Assembly (NCBI GenBank): GCA_965223505.1
Contig: CBDCWP010000013.1
Coordinates: 96,001 to 160,000, forward strand
Reading direction: 5' to 3'
Origin: Planctomycetota bacterium
GTDB lineage: Bacteria > Planctomycetota > PLA2 > JAEUHO01
Length of the DNA: 64,000 bases
The notes beneath the pieces were generated by a model, which saw nothing but the letters and a program-made list of their open reading frames with translations, was not told the origin of the DNA and did no database searches. Shown here in pieces: positions 42,752 to 52,842 of the stretch; the stretch's first letter is position 1; the number at the start of each line of letters is the position of its first letter. The translations under genes and the position numbers were made by a program.

Positions 42752-42937
42752 TTAGTTTTGAGTTTCTTTTTTAATTTTGTCTCCAGCCTTCTCAACTTCT
42801 TCACCCGTTTTTTCAATCATATTATCAATTTTTTTACCCGCCTGTTCCGCAGGCCCTTCTTGGGCTTTGCAGGCGATTACTATGTTAAGTAGAGAAAGAG
42901 CGCATAACAACATGAACATACGCTTGATTAGTGACAT
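42752..42937 (-). CDS. Small stress lipoprotein (EGPAExAGKKID type)
   Basis: IAC lipobox then EGPAEQAGKKIDNMIEKTGEEVEKAGDKIK. Confidence 0.8.
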   Translation of the reverse strand: MSLIKRMFMLLCALSLLNIVIACKAQEGPAEQAGKKIDNMIEKTGEEVEKAGDKIKKETQN

Positions 42938-43021
42938 ATCTATTTTCCTCAAAAGTTGTCATACGCCATGCATGGCGTATAATCGTTATGTATGGCGAGC
43001 CCCATGTCCGTTATTGTGCGG

Positions 43022-43171
43022 TCACAATGCGCGACGTCCCTGTACGAGCCTGATGACGATCACGACAAGTGCGATTAACAGCAGGAGATGGAGAAGGCCG
43101 CCTAGGGTATAGGACGAGACCATCCCGAGTAACCACAAGATAAGCGCAATAATCACGATGGTCCATAACAT
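43022..43171 (-). CDS. lmo0937/DUF5670-like small membrane protein (49 aa)
   Basis: MLWTIVIIALILWLLGMVSSYTLGGLLHLLLLIALVVIVIRLVQGRR; AAGGAG RBS. Confidence 0.88.
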   Translation of the reverse strand: MLWTIVIIALILWLLGMVSSYTLGGLLHLLLLIALVVIVIRLVQGRRAL

Positions 43172-43284
43172 CGGCATTTCTCCTTTGCGAGGTCGTGTGG
43201 GCGAAACAGGACAATTCAACGTTTAGCCTACAAGGCTGCGCGCCTGCTCCCATGCCCAACGCAGGGTTTCAAACCTACTGAGTG

Positions 43285-43300
43285 AGCAAAAGGCGTGCCA
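43285..43300 (-). promoter_or_regulatory. sigma54 -24/-12 promoter
   Basis: TGGCACGCCTTTTGCT. Confidence 0.8.
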
Positions 43301-43410
43301 AAGTCTTAATACCTATATTCTAGAGCGTAGCCTCTAGGCGCTAACCTGGCATAAAGGTCGTCCAATGCGGTTTGCAGGTAGTGAGAATAACGAAGAATAT
43401 CGAATTCATC

Positions 43411-43444
43411 TCTCGTTTTGCAATCATACCCTCTCATTTTGAGA
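43411..43444. promoter_or_regulatory. Tandem palindrome pair, putative bEBP enhancer
   Basis: TCTCGTTTTGCAA (43411) + TCTCATTTTGAGA (43432), 21-bp spacing. Confidence 0.7.
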
Positions 43445-43687
43445 GAGTAATCGTCGACTGGTGTTGACGCGCCGATGGTCATGGTTGTTGCCGGATGACA
43501 ATCCGTTACCCAACCACGCTGGCGATATCGATAAGCAAGTCGCTCTCGATCCATCCGTCTCGCGCTTGTTCGATGCCGTCCGATATCGTTGTGGCGGCGG
43601 CGTGGGCATGGCGCTTGGCCAGGCGCTTGGGGCGCGCATTCTAGCGCGTCCGCGGCTCCGTCATGGCGTCATCTGTCGCGATGCCGT

Positions 43688-43703
43688 TGGTATATTTTTT
43701 GCT
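43688..43703 (+). promoter_or_regulatory. sigma54 -24/-12 promoter
   Basis: TGGTATATTTTTTGCT. Confidence 0.65.
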
Positions 43704-43967
43704 ATCTACCGAGATAAACCGTTATCCCTCGATCAACTCCAAGCTGAAAGGACGCCACTTATGCAGACCTCTCATCTAAGAGCGAGTGGCGCGGGCATGG
43801 CGCTGAGCGCCCCACCCAGATCCGTGTATCATCGTAATTTATGGGGTTGCAGGCGACCTTGCCCGTCGCACGTTGATCCCTGCGCTTTGCGCCCTTTACC
43901 GCTGCCAGAGCCTGTCCGCGCCATTCGCCGTTATTGGAGGGGCGAGGCGCTCAGATTGGGTTTGTGC

Positions 43968-44114
43968 CAAGCTTGGTCGATCGTCGATCCACTGATCGCC
44001 AACTGGGAAGCGTTGCCGCCTCCCGACTTGCCGAACTATGCGGCGGGCTCTTGGGGCCCAGAGGCGGCCAACTCGCTGCTTGAGCAAGATGGACGAACAT
44101 GGTATATGGCCTAA
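43968..44114 (+). pseudogene. zwf: C-terminal remnant of glucose-6-phosphate dehydrogenase
   Basis: AWSIVDPLIANWE...NYAAGSWGPEAANSLLEQDGRTW is the characteristic G6PDH C-terminus; the rest of the gene is absent. Confidence 0.8.
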
Positions 44115-44136
44115 GATGATGAGAGTGGAGCGTGTC

Positions 44137-45150
44137 ATGACATCCGAAGAAGCGCGAGAAGCGCGCGCGCGGGGCGGCGCCAATGCAATGGAATATTCCC
44201 TAACGCCTGAAAGTCCTCTGTTTATCGTCCTCAACGCCGGTTCGGGCAGGCGTGACGCCCAAGCCACGGAGGCCACCATCCGACGCGTGCTGGAACAAGC
44301 TGGCAGGCGTTACCACTTGGCCCTTGCCAGCCACCCCCGGCAGCTTCCTGCTCTCATCAAGCGCGCTGTCGAATCGGCGCAACAGCAACTGGGCGTCGTT
44401 GTCGCGGCCGGCGGCGACGGCACGCTCAATGCTGCCGCGCAGGCGGTGTTGGAGAGTGGGCGGCCCTTTGGGGTGCTGCCGCAGGGCACTTATAACTATT
44501 TTGGCCGCACTTATGGCATTCCTGAGGATACCGCCGAAGCGACGCGGGTATTGCTCGACGCGACCATTCGACCAGCGCAAGTGGGGTGGCTCAATGGGCG
44601 CCTGTTTCTCGTCAACGCTAGCCTGGGACTATACCCGCGTCTGTTTGAGGAACGCGAGGTCTACAAGCGCCAATTTGGCCGCAGCCGTTTTGTGTCCATA
44701 TGCGCGGGGATGATCACGTTATTGCGTCGGCATCGCCAGTTGGTATTGGACCTTGAGTGCGAAGGGCATCGCCGCACGATGCGCGCGCCGACGCTCGTGG
44801 CCGGGAACAATGCGCTGCAGCTCGAACAGATTGGCATCCCGCAAGCGCCTGCTGTCGAGCAAGGACAGCTCGTCGCCATCGCAGCGCGCTCCGTCGGCGC
44901 GCTAGCCCTGCTCGCTTTGTTGTACCGCGGCGCCTTGGGGCAAATTGGCGATGACGCCAATATTGAGAGCTTTGCGTTCGATAAGCTCACCGTACGCCCC
45001 CGGCGGCGACGGCGCGTTAAGGCGGCCATTGATGGCGAGGTCATTTGGCTGCGTACGCCTTTGGTGTTCGAGGTGGCGCCGCGTCCCTTGCCGCTATTGG
45101 TTCCGGCCCGCGCGCCGAGTGCTTCGCTTGCCGATTCGGGTGCGGCGTGA
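44137..45150 (+). CDS. Diacylglycerol kinase family lipid kinase
   Basis: LNAGSG, AAGGDGT, GVLPQGTYNYF, FLVNASLGLY, IDGE. Confidence 0.9.
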   Translation: MTSEEAREARARGGANAMEYSLTPESPLFIVLNAGSGRRDAQATEATIRRVLEQAGRRYHLALASHPRQLPALIKRAVESAQQQLGVVVAAGGDGTLNAAAQAVLESGRPFGVLPQGTYNYFGRTYGIPEDTAEATRVLLDATIRPAQVGWLNGRLFLVNASLGLYPRLFEEREVYKRQFGRSRFVSICAGMITLLRRHRQLVLDLECEGHRRTMRAPTLVAGNNALQLEQIGIPQAPAVEQGQLVAIAARSVGALALLALLYRGALGQIGDDANIESFAFDKLTVRPRRRRRVKAAIDGEVIWLRTPLVFEVAPRPLPLLVPARAPSASLADSGAA

Positions 45151-45233
45151 GCGGCGCGCTCTCTACCTCAGCGCATAAAAGCTTATCCAGGGTGCGGGTC
45201 GGTCGTGTTGACGATTGCGGTCTCACCACGGCG

Positions 45234-45575
45234 TTATTTCGGCGCGGTGTTATTGGCTGGGCAACGGGTATCGACGGCGCAGCGGCGCAGATGAGCGATG
45301 TCGCTTTGCTGTATAAAGGTGCGAAGCGAATCAGGAATACGCAGCTCTGCGGCCGCGTCTCTGCGAGTGAGGTCATCAGCCTGGAGAAATGTCTCTAACG
45401 TGGCAGGCGCTCGCAATTCGACGTCGATTCTTAGCGCCTCGGGTGAGGATGAGCTGTGTACATGCCGCTCTGACTCAGGCTCCCTGGATGAAGGCTCCGA
45501 CGCCGCAATGCCGGAATTGCCCAAGCAAATGCATACGCACAGGAAAATCACTGTGCGAATCGCATAAGAAGCCAT
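45234..45575 (-). CDS. Secreted hypothetical protein
   Basis: Signal-peptide-like N-terminus, GAGG RBS, own sigma54 motif. Confidence 0.6.
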   Translation of the reverse strand: MASYAIRTVIFLCVCICLGNSGIAASEPSSREPESERHVHSSSSPEALRIDVELRAPATLETFLQADDLTRRDAAAELRIPDSLRTFIQQSDIAHLRRCAVDTRCPANNTAPK

Positions 45576-45623
45576 ATGCGCTTTCCTCTCAACAAGGTTC
45601 ACTGGATCCTGATGTGCGGAAAG

Positions 45624-45639
45624 TGCAACTTTTATGCCA
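45624..45639 (-). promoter_or_regulatory. sigma54 -24/-12 promoter
   Basis: TGGCATAAAAGTTGCA. Confidence 0.75.
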
Positions 45640-45664
45640 CGACAGCATCAATTCAGGAGGCGCT

Positions 45665-46675
45665 TCATGGAGCGCTAGATGGCTGGCGCAACGCGTTGAC
45701 AAACGCCAGTAGCGGGTCGATGCGCGTCACGTAGGTAAAGGCGGCGGCAGGATACATGGTGGCCGCGACTAGGCCAACCAGCACAGGTTGTTTTCCTTGT
45801 AGAGCCAATACGGGAGAGCCAGAATCCCCTGGCTGCACATCGACATCGGTCGTAAACATATTCACATTGAGTTTCGTCTGGGTCATGCTGTTGACGGCTA
45901 CCGGGGCCTTTGCCAAGACTTTGCCCACGGCGAGGCGACGGGAGCCCGTATCCTGGCGCTGGGCGTTGCGGACGGGCACGATGGCGGCCACGCAGTCCCC
46001 CGCTTTCAAGCCGCCGATAGGTTTGGCCGGATCGCCTACGCCATACGATAGCGCCGTGGGATAACGCAGCGGCTCTAAAGCGACGTGATCCGGCGTTTGC
46101 ACCAAAGCCAAATCGTATCGTTCATTCTTGTGGACAATGGCGGCTGCAATGCCGTTGGAGCCTCGATCACGATGCACCGTGAGGGTCATTTGCGAGACGC
46201 GCAACGGCGTAGTGGTCACGACGTCCTGCGACGTGACGCGCACATCAACGCTGTCGGGCGTCAAGGCGTGCGCGACTGTAGCCAGTAGATGGGGGGTCAA
46301 AACCACGGCGCTAGATTCCTGATGAAACGAGGCTTCCACCACCTCTCGCGGCGTGTGAGACGCTACCCCGAAAATCGCTTCAAGAGAAGGCTTCCCGACG
46401 ATTTCAGGCCGAGGGGCGCGCGTCGCCAATGCCGTCCCTTGAAGTGATAGCCGCGGCGCCGCAGTCCACGGCGACACAGACTGAGACTGGCTTCCAGCGT
46501 CGATTCCCCACATTTTATTTAGCGCCGGGTCTTGGGCGAACCCATCACACGCTTTCACAAATCCCTGTGGCGCCGCCTGCGCGCCCCCCCCTACACTCAC
46601 GACGATGAACACGGACAATACCGCTGACGCCATACCTAGGAGGCGGTCCCCCCAATAGCGGTTGCATGGGTTCAT
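45665..46675 (-). CDS. Trypsin-like serine protease, exported
   Basis: ATVAH (His), YDLALV (Asp), PGDSGSPV (Ser); N-terminal hydrophobic segment. Confidence 0.8.
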   Translation of the reverse strand: MNPCNRYWGDRLLGMASAVLSVFIVVSVGGGAQAAPQGFVKACDGFAQDPALNKMWGIDAGSQSQSVSPWTAAPRLSLQGTALATRAPRPEIVGKPSLEAIFGVASHTPREVVEASFHQESSAVVLTPHLLATVAHALTPDSVDVRVTSQDVVTTTPLRVSQMTLTVHRDRGSNGIAAAIVHKNERYDLALVQTPDHVALEPLRYPTALSYGVGDPAKPIGGLKAGDCVAAIVPVRNAQRQDTGSRRLAVGKVLAKAPVAVNSMTQTKLNVNMFTTDVDVQPGDSGSPVLALQGKQPVLVGLVAATMYPAAAFTYVTRIDPLLAFVNALRQPSSAP

Positions 46676-47152
46676 CGCCTGCTTCGCAACCCCCCATTGA
46701 GCCCGGTATTTTAATGAGTTATCAGAAACGCTCACAATCGTGCTTCCGGAGCAATAGATTCTCATGGTAGGAAAGACGCAGCCTTCCGCCTCAAGCCCTT
46801 CATGCAAGCCTAACCTTGCGATGCGGCGCAAGTCAATGCCTAAGCACTCGTGTCATTTTGGGGGTTCGGTCGGCGCTGCAACACGCTCGCCGCCGGGTCC
46901 AAAACGCAGATGCGTAGCAATGATCCGGGGGAGGGGAGGGGAGACGTGCAAAACTCCAGACATATTCATTAATAGAGGAAGTGTTGAAAATGGACACGCT
47001 GGTCGAGGGGCGCTTCGAAAGCTGTCATATACAAACTGCAAGCGGCAAGGAAGGCAGAGAGAGTCAGGCCATGTAGCGGCGAAACAACTGAGCTTAGCAA
47101 CATGGCTCAACCCGACATGAAAGCAACTCTATCAGTGACTACAACTTGCTTA

Positions 47153-47407
47153 CTAATTCTGAATCGAATTTAGTTTGAGAAAATGTTGAATAAATTGTCC
47201 ACAGTCATCCTGATATATATCATGCACCACTCTCCATAGCTCGCTTCCTATAACATCTTGGGATTTCAGATTCTGTAGAATAAGATGGGATAGAGGACTT
47301 GATAATATGGCGCAAACAATCATACATGCTCCTGGATTACCGTCGATCACATCCAAGGCCAATTGCTCACTCTCTTGGTCCCACGTTGCACCGTTATAAG
47401 ACGCCAT
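47153..47407 (-). CDS. Hypothetical protein (84 aa), AT-rich
   Basis: AAGGA RBS, own sigma54 motif, DGNPGA motif. Confidence 0.55.
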   Translation of the reverse strand: MASYNGATWDQESEQLALDVIDGNPGACMIVCAILSSPLSHLILQNLKSQDVIGSELWRVVHDIYQDDCGQFIQHFLKLNSIQN

Positions 47408-47489
47408 GTCTATCCTTACGCGTTGCTTAGAGTTAATTAGGGGCTTGCCTAGACGTCGCAGTGGCAAACACGCTTTAGTGAGTAAGCTC

Positions 47490-47505
47490 AGCAATAATAA
47501 TGCCA
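47490..47505 (-). promoter_or_regulatory. sigma54 -24/-12 promoter
   Basis: TGGCATTATTATTGCT. Confidence 0.72.
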
Positions 47506-47621
47506 AATTGTCTTCGGCGTATCGAGCTACGATATATCTGCGGCGGCGACTAACCGTCTAAAGGGGATGTCTAACCGACATTTTCATCACCTCATGATAA
47601 AAACATAGATTATTGATGTGT

Positions 47622-47637
47622 TGGCATAAATTTTGCG
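47622..47637 (+). promoter_or_regulatory. sigma54 -24/-12 promoter (PRC-barrel gene)
   Basis: TGGCATAAATTTTGCG. Confidence 0.72.
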
Positions 47638-47788
47638 CCTCCTAGTTTAAAAATGTTTGAGTCGTTGCATATCTTTCGGTTTAGATATCAATTCGCATGT
47701 AAACATAATGGAGGGATCGACATCGGGTCCGCCGCTTATCTCGATCTTCAATAAGCGGTGGAGCGTCAACCATCCTATGGGTGACGTC

Positions 47789-47822
47789 TCTCAAAACAAA
47801 ACTCAGCTCTCTCATTATGAGA
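47789..47822. promoter_or_regulatory. Tandem palindrome pair, putative bEBP enhancer
   Basis: TCTCAAAACAAAA (47789) + TCTCATTATGAGA (47810), 21-bp spacing. Confidence 0.65.
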
Positions 47823-47865
47823 GGGTTGAGTTGGGATCGACGTTTTCTGATCTGAAAGGAAAACC

Positions 47866-48594
47866 ATGCTGCGAAGTATTAAAGCCTTACACAGCTACGC
47901 CATCGAGGCGACGGATGGAGACCTCGGCGTGGTCTACGCGTTTTATTTTGATGATCTGTCCTGGACGATCCGCTACGTGGTCGTGGACACTGGGGCCTGG
48001 TTGCCCGGGCGCCGCGTTTTGATCTCGCCGACTGTCGTCGGGGAGCCGCGCTGGGAGATGCGGCAACTGCCGGTGAATCTCACCCAGGAGCAGGTTAAAA
48101 ATAGTCCGGATATGGATACGGACCAACCCGTTTCGCGCCAACATCAAATGGCGTTGCACGACTATTACGCCTGGCCGATGTACTGGACAGTGGCGCCCAT
48201 CGGCCCAGGGGCGGTGGCGATGCCGCCGGAGTTGGCGGAGGAGTACGCCTCGGAAACCGGCGATCCCCACCTGCGCAGCACCCAGGAAGTGATCGACTAT
48301 TACATCCATGCGAGCGATGGCGATCTTGGCCATGTGGAGGATTTCATTGTCGACGATGACGACTGGACGATTCGCTATATGGTCGTTGATACGCGCAACT
48401 GGCTGCCTGGCAAAAAAGTGCTGGTCGCGCCGGAATGGATTACGGAGGTGAATTGGGGCGAGTCAAAAGTGTATGTCAATCTGACCCAAGACGCGATCAA
48501 AGACAGCCCGGAATATGATCCGACCGAAACGGTGAATCGCTGGTATGAAGAACGCCTTTACGATTTTTACGGCCGGCCCAAGTATTGGAGCTAA
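47866..48594 (+). CDS. Double PRC-barrel domain protein
   Basis: Two repeats of ATDGDLG.V..F..DD..WTIRY.VVDT..WLPG++VL. Confidence 0.92.
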   Translation: MLRSIKALHSYAIEATDGDLGVVYAFYFDDLSWTIRYVVVDTGAWLPGRRVLISPTVVGEPRWEMRQLPVNLTQEQVKNSPDMDTDQPVSRQHQMALHDYYAWPMYWTVAPIGPGAVAMPPELAEEYASETGDPHLRSTQEVIDYYIHASDGDLGHVEDFIVDDDDWTIRYMVVDTRNWLPGKKVLVAPEWITEVNWGESKVYVNLTQDAIKDSPEYDPTETVNRWYEERLYDFYGRPKYWS

Positions 48595-48610
48595 TTTAGC
48601 ATGCGCCTAA

Positions 48611-48655
48611 GCGTCGCCTGCGATGCGTGAAGCTGCCACGCATCGCAGGCGACGC
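48611..48655. terminator. Bidirectional hairpin between convergent genes
   Basis: Perfect 19-bp stem gcgtcgcctgcgatgcgtg / cacgcatcgcaggcgacgc. Confidence 0.75.
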
Positions 48656-48669
48656 AACGCTCTTGCGCG

Positions 48670-50037
48670 CTACGGCATATAGACGGTCTTGACGTTGACA
48701 AACTCTTTAATGCCGTAGTGCGACAGCTCCCGGCCATAGCCGCTGGTCTTGACGCCGCCGAAGGGCAACCTTGGGTCAGACTTGACAAATGCATTCACAA
48801 AGCAACAGCCGGCGTCGAGCGCTTCTGACGCCAAGCGTTCTCCCTTGGACAGATCTTGGGTAAAAATAGCAGCGCCAAGGCCAAACTCGGAATCGTTGGC
48901 GATCTCGATCGCGCTTTGTTCATCCGGCGCCGTAATAATCGTGGCGACCGGCCCGAAGAGTTCCTCGTGGTAGGCCAACATCCCCTTGCGCACGTTGGTC
49001 AACACGGTCGGGGGATAATAAGCCCCAGCGCCTGGCGGTATTTCCCCGCCAAGCAAACACTGCGCCCCCGCCGCAATGCTGGCCATGACTTGCCCGTGCA
49101 ACTCGTCTCGCAAATCGCGCCGGGCCATCGGGCCGAGAACGGTGTCTTCCTCCATCGGGTCGCCAGGCGATATGGCTTGCATTCGCGCCACCACGCGTTC
49201 GGTAAAGGGTTCCAGGACAGGCGCCTCGACGATAAAGCGTTTGGCCGCAATGCAGCTCTGGCCGCCATTGACCAAGCGTCCTGTGACGCACGCTTCGGCC
49301 GCCTGATCGAGATCGGCATCGGCCAAAACGATATAGGGATCGCTGCCGCCAAGTTCCAAAACCGTTTTTTTGATCAGCGAGCCGGCCCGCTTCGCCACGG
49401 CTTGCCCTGCCGGCGTGCTGCCCGTTAACGTGACAGCTCGCACCAAGGGATGCGAGATGACGGCCTCCATTTGGTCGCTGCCAATGAGGAGCGTGCGGAA
49501 GAGGTGTTCCGGAAAGGCCGCATGTCGAAAGAGGTCTTCAATGGCTAAAGCGCATCCCGGCACACTTGAGGCATGTTTTAACACCGCGGCATTGCCAGCC
49601 ATCAGAGCTGGGGCCGCAAAGCGAAACACTTGCCAAAACGGAAAATTCCAGGGCATGATGGCGCACACCACGCCAAGCGGTTGAAAGGCGACGTAGCTCT
49701 TGGCCGCCTCGGTTTCAATCGTTTCAGGCTGCAAAAAATGTTCGGCGCGCTCGGCATAGTATTCACACACCCAAGCGCATTTTTCAGCCTCCGCACGGCC
49801 GTCTTTGACGGGCTTGCCCATTTCCTCGGCCATTAACTGAGCTAACTCGTTGGCCTGCTCACGCAGCAGGGCCGCCGCTTGCCGCATGTGGTCCGCCCGC
49901 TGCGAAAACGCAATGCGACGCCAGCCCTGAAACGCGATGTGCGACTTTGAGATCGCATCTTCAACGGCATCCATGGACATGTCGTCATATGTTTTAATCA
50001 GTTCACCGGTTGCCGGATTAATGGATTGAATGGCCAT
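48670..50037 (-). CDS. NAD(P)-dependent succinate-semialdehyde dehydrogenase (Sad/GabD1-like ALDH)
   Basis: SINPATG, IMPWNFPFWQVFR, LELGGSD, GQSCIAAKRF, EELFGP, PFGGVKTSGYGREL. Confidence 0.93.
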   Translation of the reverse strand: MAIQSINPATGELIKTYDDMSMDAVEDAISKSHIAFQGWRRIAFSQRADHMRQAAALLREQANELAQLMAEEMGKPVKDGRAEAEKCAWVCEYYAERAEHFLQPETIETEAAKSYVAFQPLGVVCAIMPWNFPFWQVFRFAAPALMAGNAAVLKHASSVPGCALAIEDLFRHAAFPEHLFRTLLIGSDQMEAVISHPLVRAVTLTGSTPAGQAVAKRAGSLIKKTVLELGGSDPYIVLADADLDQAAEACVTGRLVNGGQSCIAAKRFIVEAPVLEPFTERVVARMQAISPGDPMEEDTVLGPMARRDLRDELHGQVMASIAAGAQCLLGGEIPPGAGAYYPPTVLTNVRKGMLAYHEELFGPVATIITAPDEQSAIEIANDSEFGLGAAIFTQDLSKGERLASEALDAGCCFVNAFVKSDPRLPFGGVKTSGYGRELSHYGIKEFVNVKTVYMP

Positions 50038-50111
50038 ATTGATCTCCTTTTACGCTGCTGTGGAATGCGCCGGCTCGCCTTCGACTCGCCTTGCGCCATT
50101 ACAAAAAAATG

Positions 50112-50127
50112 GGCAAAATCCGTGCCA
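50112..50127 (-). promoter_or_regulatory. sigma54 -24/-12 promoter (SSADH)
   Basis: TGGCACGGATTTTGCC. Confidence 0.8.
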
Positions 50128-50198
50128 TGTCATGCGATGCCTGCCGTGCAATAACGCATCCCATCTCGGGGCGGCCTTGTCGCCTGTCGGCGGCGCGA

Positions 50199-50214
50199 TG
50201 GCATAAGGCTTGCA
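50199..50214 (+). promoter_or_regulatory. sigma54 -24/-12 promoter (transglutaminase operon)
   Basis: TGGCATAAGGCTTGCA. Confidence 0.8.
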
Positions 50215-50360
50215 CTCAAAACTTGCCGAACCGTTAGCCTGTCATCACCTGAGGCGACCAGAGCCGCGGCGCCGCGCGCAACCAGTGGGCCAACGCCTGG
50301 TCTTCGCCTCATATCATTTGCGTTTTGACCAACTTGTCTAACTGAGAGACCACACGCCCT

Positions 50361-51281
50361 ATGCGACAGATACGCATCCACCACACGACGACATACACCT
50401 ATGACAGTCCCGTAACCTTTGGCCCACACGCCTTGCTTTTGCGCCCTCGCGAGGGTCATGATTTACGCATCTCATCCTCTCAGCTCAATATCGCGCCTGC
50501 GCATACAGTCCGCTGGCGCCGTGACGCCAGCGACAATAGCGTCGCCATTGTCAGCTTCCAAGAACCGTCTACCGTTTTGAGTGTTGAGAGCGAAGTCGTT
50601 GTCCAACATTTCGATGAAGCGCCGCTTGACTTCATCGTAGAGGAGGAGGCGCTGCACTTTCCCTTTCACTATGATCCGCTCGAGCGCATCGATCTTCTCC
50701 CCTATGTGACGTCCGTGTTTCCAGAGGACAGTCAGGCGCTGCATGACTGGGTTCAGCAGTTTTGGCAACACGGCAAAGTCATCGAAACCTATGTCTTGCT
50801 CGACCAGATGAACGCCGCCATTGCGACCCAGATGACTTATATGATGCGCGAAGCGCCGGGCGTACAGGCGCCAGGCGTCACGTTGGCGCAACAAAATGGC
50901 TCGTGCCGGGATTTCGCCACCCTTTTTATGGAAGCGTGCCGCTTAATCGGCTTAGCCGCTCGCTTTGTCAGCGGCTATCTGCATTGTCCGGCAACGGAAG
51001 TCGGTCATGGCGCGACGCATGCCTGGACCGAGGTCTATCTGCCGGGGGCAGGGTGGAAAGGGTTTGACCCCACGAGCGGCAACGTGGTTGGCGCGGATCA
51101 TATTCCGGTCGCTGTGCATCGCCATCCAGAGACCATCCCTCCGGTTGCGGGTTCGTTTGTCGGACAGCTTAGCCAACCGCCCTCGTTGTGCGTCGATGTG
51201 CAGGTTCACACCTTGACTCACGAGGCAGGGGATGACGAAGTAGAAAATGTCGAGGAGCGCGCGGGGCTCCGCTCGGCGTGA
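50361..51281 (+). CDS. Transglutaminase-like cysteine protease family
   Basis: HHTTTYTY, GSCRDFA, ARFVSGYL, HAWTEVYLPGAGWKGFDPT. Confidence 0.92.
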   Translation: MRQIRIHHTTTYTYDSPVTFGPHALLLRPREGHDLRISSSQLNIAPAHTVRWRRDASDNSVAIVSFQEPSTVLSVESEVVVQHFDEAPLDFIVEEEALHFPFHYDPLERIDLLPYVTSVFPEDSQALHDWVQQFWQHGKVIETYVLLDQMNAAIATQMTYMMREAPGVQAPGVTLAQQNGSCRDFATLFMEACRLIGLAARFVSGYLHCPATEVGHGATHAWTEVYLPGAGWKGFDPTSGNVVGADHIPVAVHRHPETIPPVAGSFVGQLSQPPSLCVDVQVHTLTHEAGDDEVENVEERAGLRSA

Positions 51282-51292
51282 GGGGGGTGGCG

Positions 51293-52786
51293 ATGAGACG
51301 ATGTCAGGACCATGAACGTGACATCGCATTTGGGCCGTTGAAGCATGGACGAACGGAGCGCCAGCAGTGGAAGGGTGTCTTGCTGTGCGGTTTTGTCGTG
51401 GTCATCGCGCTTGTGGGCGCCCCAGCTTGGGCGCAATCTGATCCCAACCCGCCTGCGGCGCGCAGTGAAGACGAACAACCTGGCGAGGAGCCGCAAGCGC
51501 CGAAGGAAGTCGACGTGCAACCCGTGGCGCGAGATGAGGAGATCCGCGATCGCTTACGCCACATTTTAGAAGCGACTGCATGGTTTCAAGAGCCGCAAGT
51601 TGAGGTGCGAGAAGGCGTCGTGTTTTTGGACGGGCGCACCGGCTCCAAGGAGTACAAAACCTGGGCCAAAGAGCTCGCCAGCCGCACCCAAGATGTGGTT
51701 GCAGTCGTCAATCGCATCGCCATTGCCGAGCGCTCGCCCTGGGACTTTTCGCCCGCCTGGCAAGGGCTCCGGCAATTGTGGCGCGACATCGTGCAGATGT
51801 TGCCTTTTGCCGGATTTGCGCTCGTCGTTTTAATCGTCACCTGGTGGGCGGCGAAATTGGCAAGTCGATGCGCTCGACGGTTTTTTCAGCGTCGCATCGC
51901 CAGCGCCTTGCTGCGCGATGTGGTCGCCAAAGCGGTGAGCCTGCCTGTCTTTTTAATTGGGGTCTACATCGTGTTGCACGTCGCCGGCTTAACCCGCTTG
52001 GCCCTCACCGTGGTGGGCAGCACCGGGGTCGCCGGTTTGGTGATCGGTATTGCCTTTCGAGATATCATGGAAAACTTTTTGGCCAGTCTTCTCATTAGTA
52101 TGCAGCGGCCCTTTCAGCTTCAAGATCTCATTGCAGTGGATGGGCATCTGGGTTTGGTGCAGAGTATGACCACGCGCGGCACGGTGTTGATGTCACTCGA
52201 AGGCAACCACATTCAGATTCCGAACGCCACGATTTATAAAAATACGATTCAAAACTATACCGCCAACCCCAACCGGCGAGGAGATTTTGTCGTTGGCATT
52301 GGCTACGATGACGCCATTCCAATGGCCCAGGAGGTGGTCATGCAGGTCTTGGCCGACCATCCAGCAATCTTGCGAGACCCCCCGCCCGCCGTGCTGGTGG
52401 ATGCGTTGGGGGCGGCAACCGTGAACTTGCGGGTGTTATTCTGGCTCGATGGCAAACAGCATGATTATTTCAAAACCAAGTCTTCAGTCATTCGCATGGT
52501 GAAACGAACCCTGCAAGACGCGAGCATATCCATGCCGGATGAATTGCGCGAAGTGATCTTTCCCGATGGCGTGCCGGTGCGGCTCCTGGAGGAGCGCTTG
52601 GATCGGCCTCGCGATGGAGGACGGCCAGGTCCGCCGCCGTCATCCGACGCGCCGGATCCGGTGTCCACAGCGGCGGAAGGCGACCTGGAGAGCGAGACGC
52701 CGCGCCTGCAAGATCAGGCGCGGCGGGCGCGTCTGCCAGAAGAGGGAAAGAACTTATTGGAGGACTCTGGAAATTCTCCCCGTTAA
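51293..52786 (+). CDS. BON-domain-containing MscS mechanosensitive channel
   Basis: VREGVVFLDG...VVAVVNRI (BON), GLVIGIAFRDIMENF, QIPNATIY, VGIGYDD. Confidence 0.9.
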   Translation: MRRCQDHERDIAFGPLKHGRTERQQWKGVLLCGFVVVIALVGAPAWAQSDPNPPAARSEDEQPGEEPQAPKEVDVQPVARDEEIRDRLRHILEATAWFQEPQVEVREGVVFLDGRTGSKEYKTWAKELASRTQDVVAVVNRIAIAERSPWDFSPAWQGLRQLWRDIVQMLPFAGFALVVLIVTWWAAKLASRCARRFFQRRIASALLRDVVAKAVSLPVFLIGVYIVLHVAGLTRLALTVVGSTGVAGLVIGIAFRDIMENFLASLLISMQRPFQLQDLIAVDGHLGLVQSMTTRGTVLMSLEGNHIQIPNATIYKNTIQNYTANPNRRGDFVVGIGYDDAIPMAQEVVMQVLADHPAILRDPPPAVLVDALGAATVNLRVLFWLDGKQHDYFKTKSSVIRMVKRTLQDASISMPDELREVIFPDGVPVRLLEERLDRPRDGGRPGPPPSSDAPDPVSTAAEGDLESETPRLQDQARRARLPEEGKNLLEDSGNSPR

Positions 52787-52842
52787 TCGATGACACAGGC
52801 GTGTCGTTGGACAACAAACCATCATGCATGAGGAGCATATCA

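Noticed and set aside
43306..43554. 82-aa minus-strand ORF
   Set aside because: Overlaps the enhancer pair between divergent promoters; no RBS and no recognisable family.
46828..46842. AGGCATTGACTTGC upstream of the serine protease
   Set aside because: GG-to-GC spacing is 9, not the obligatory 10.
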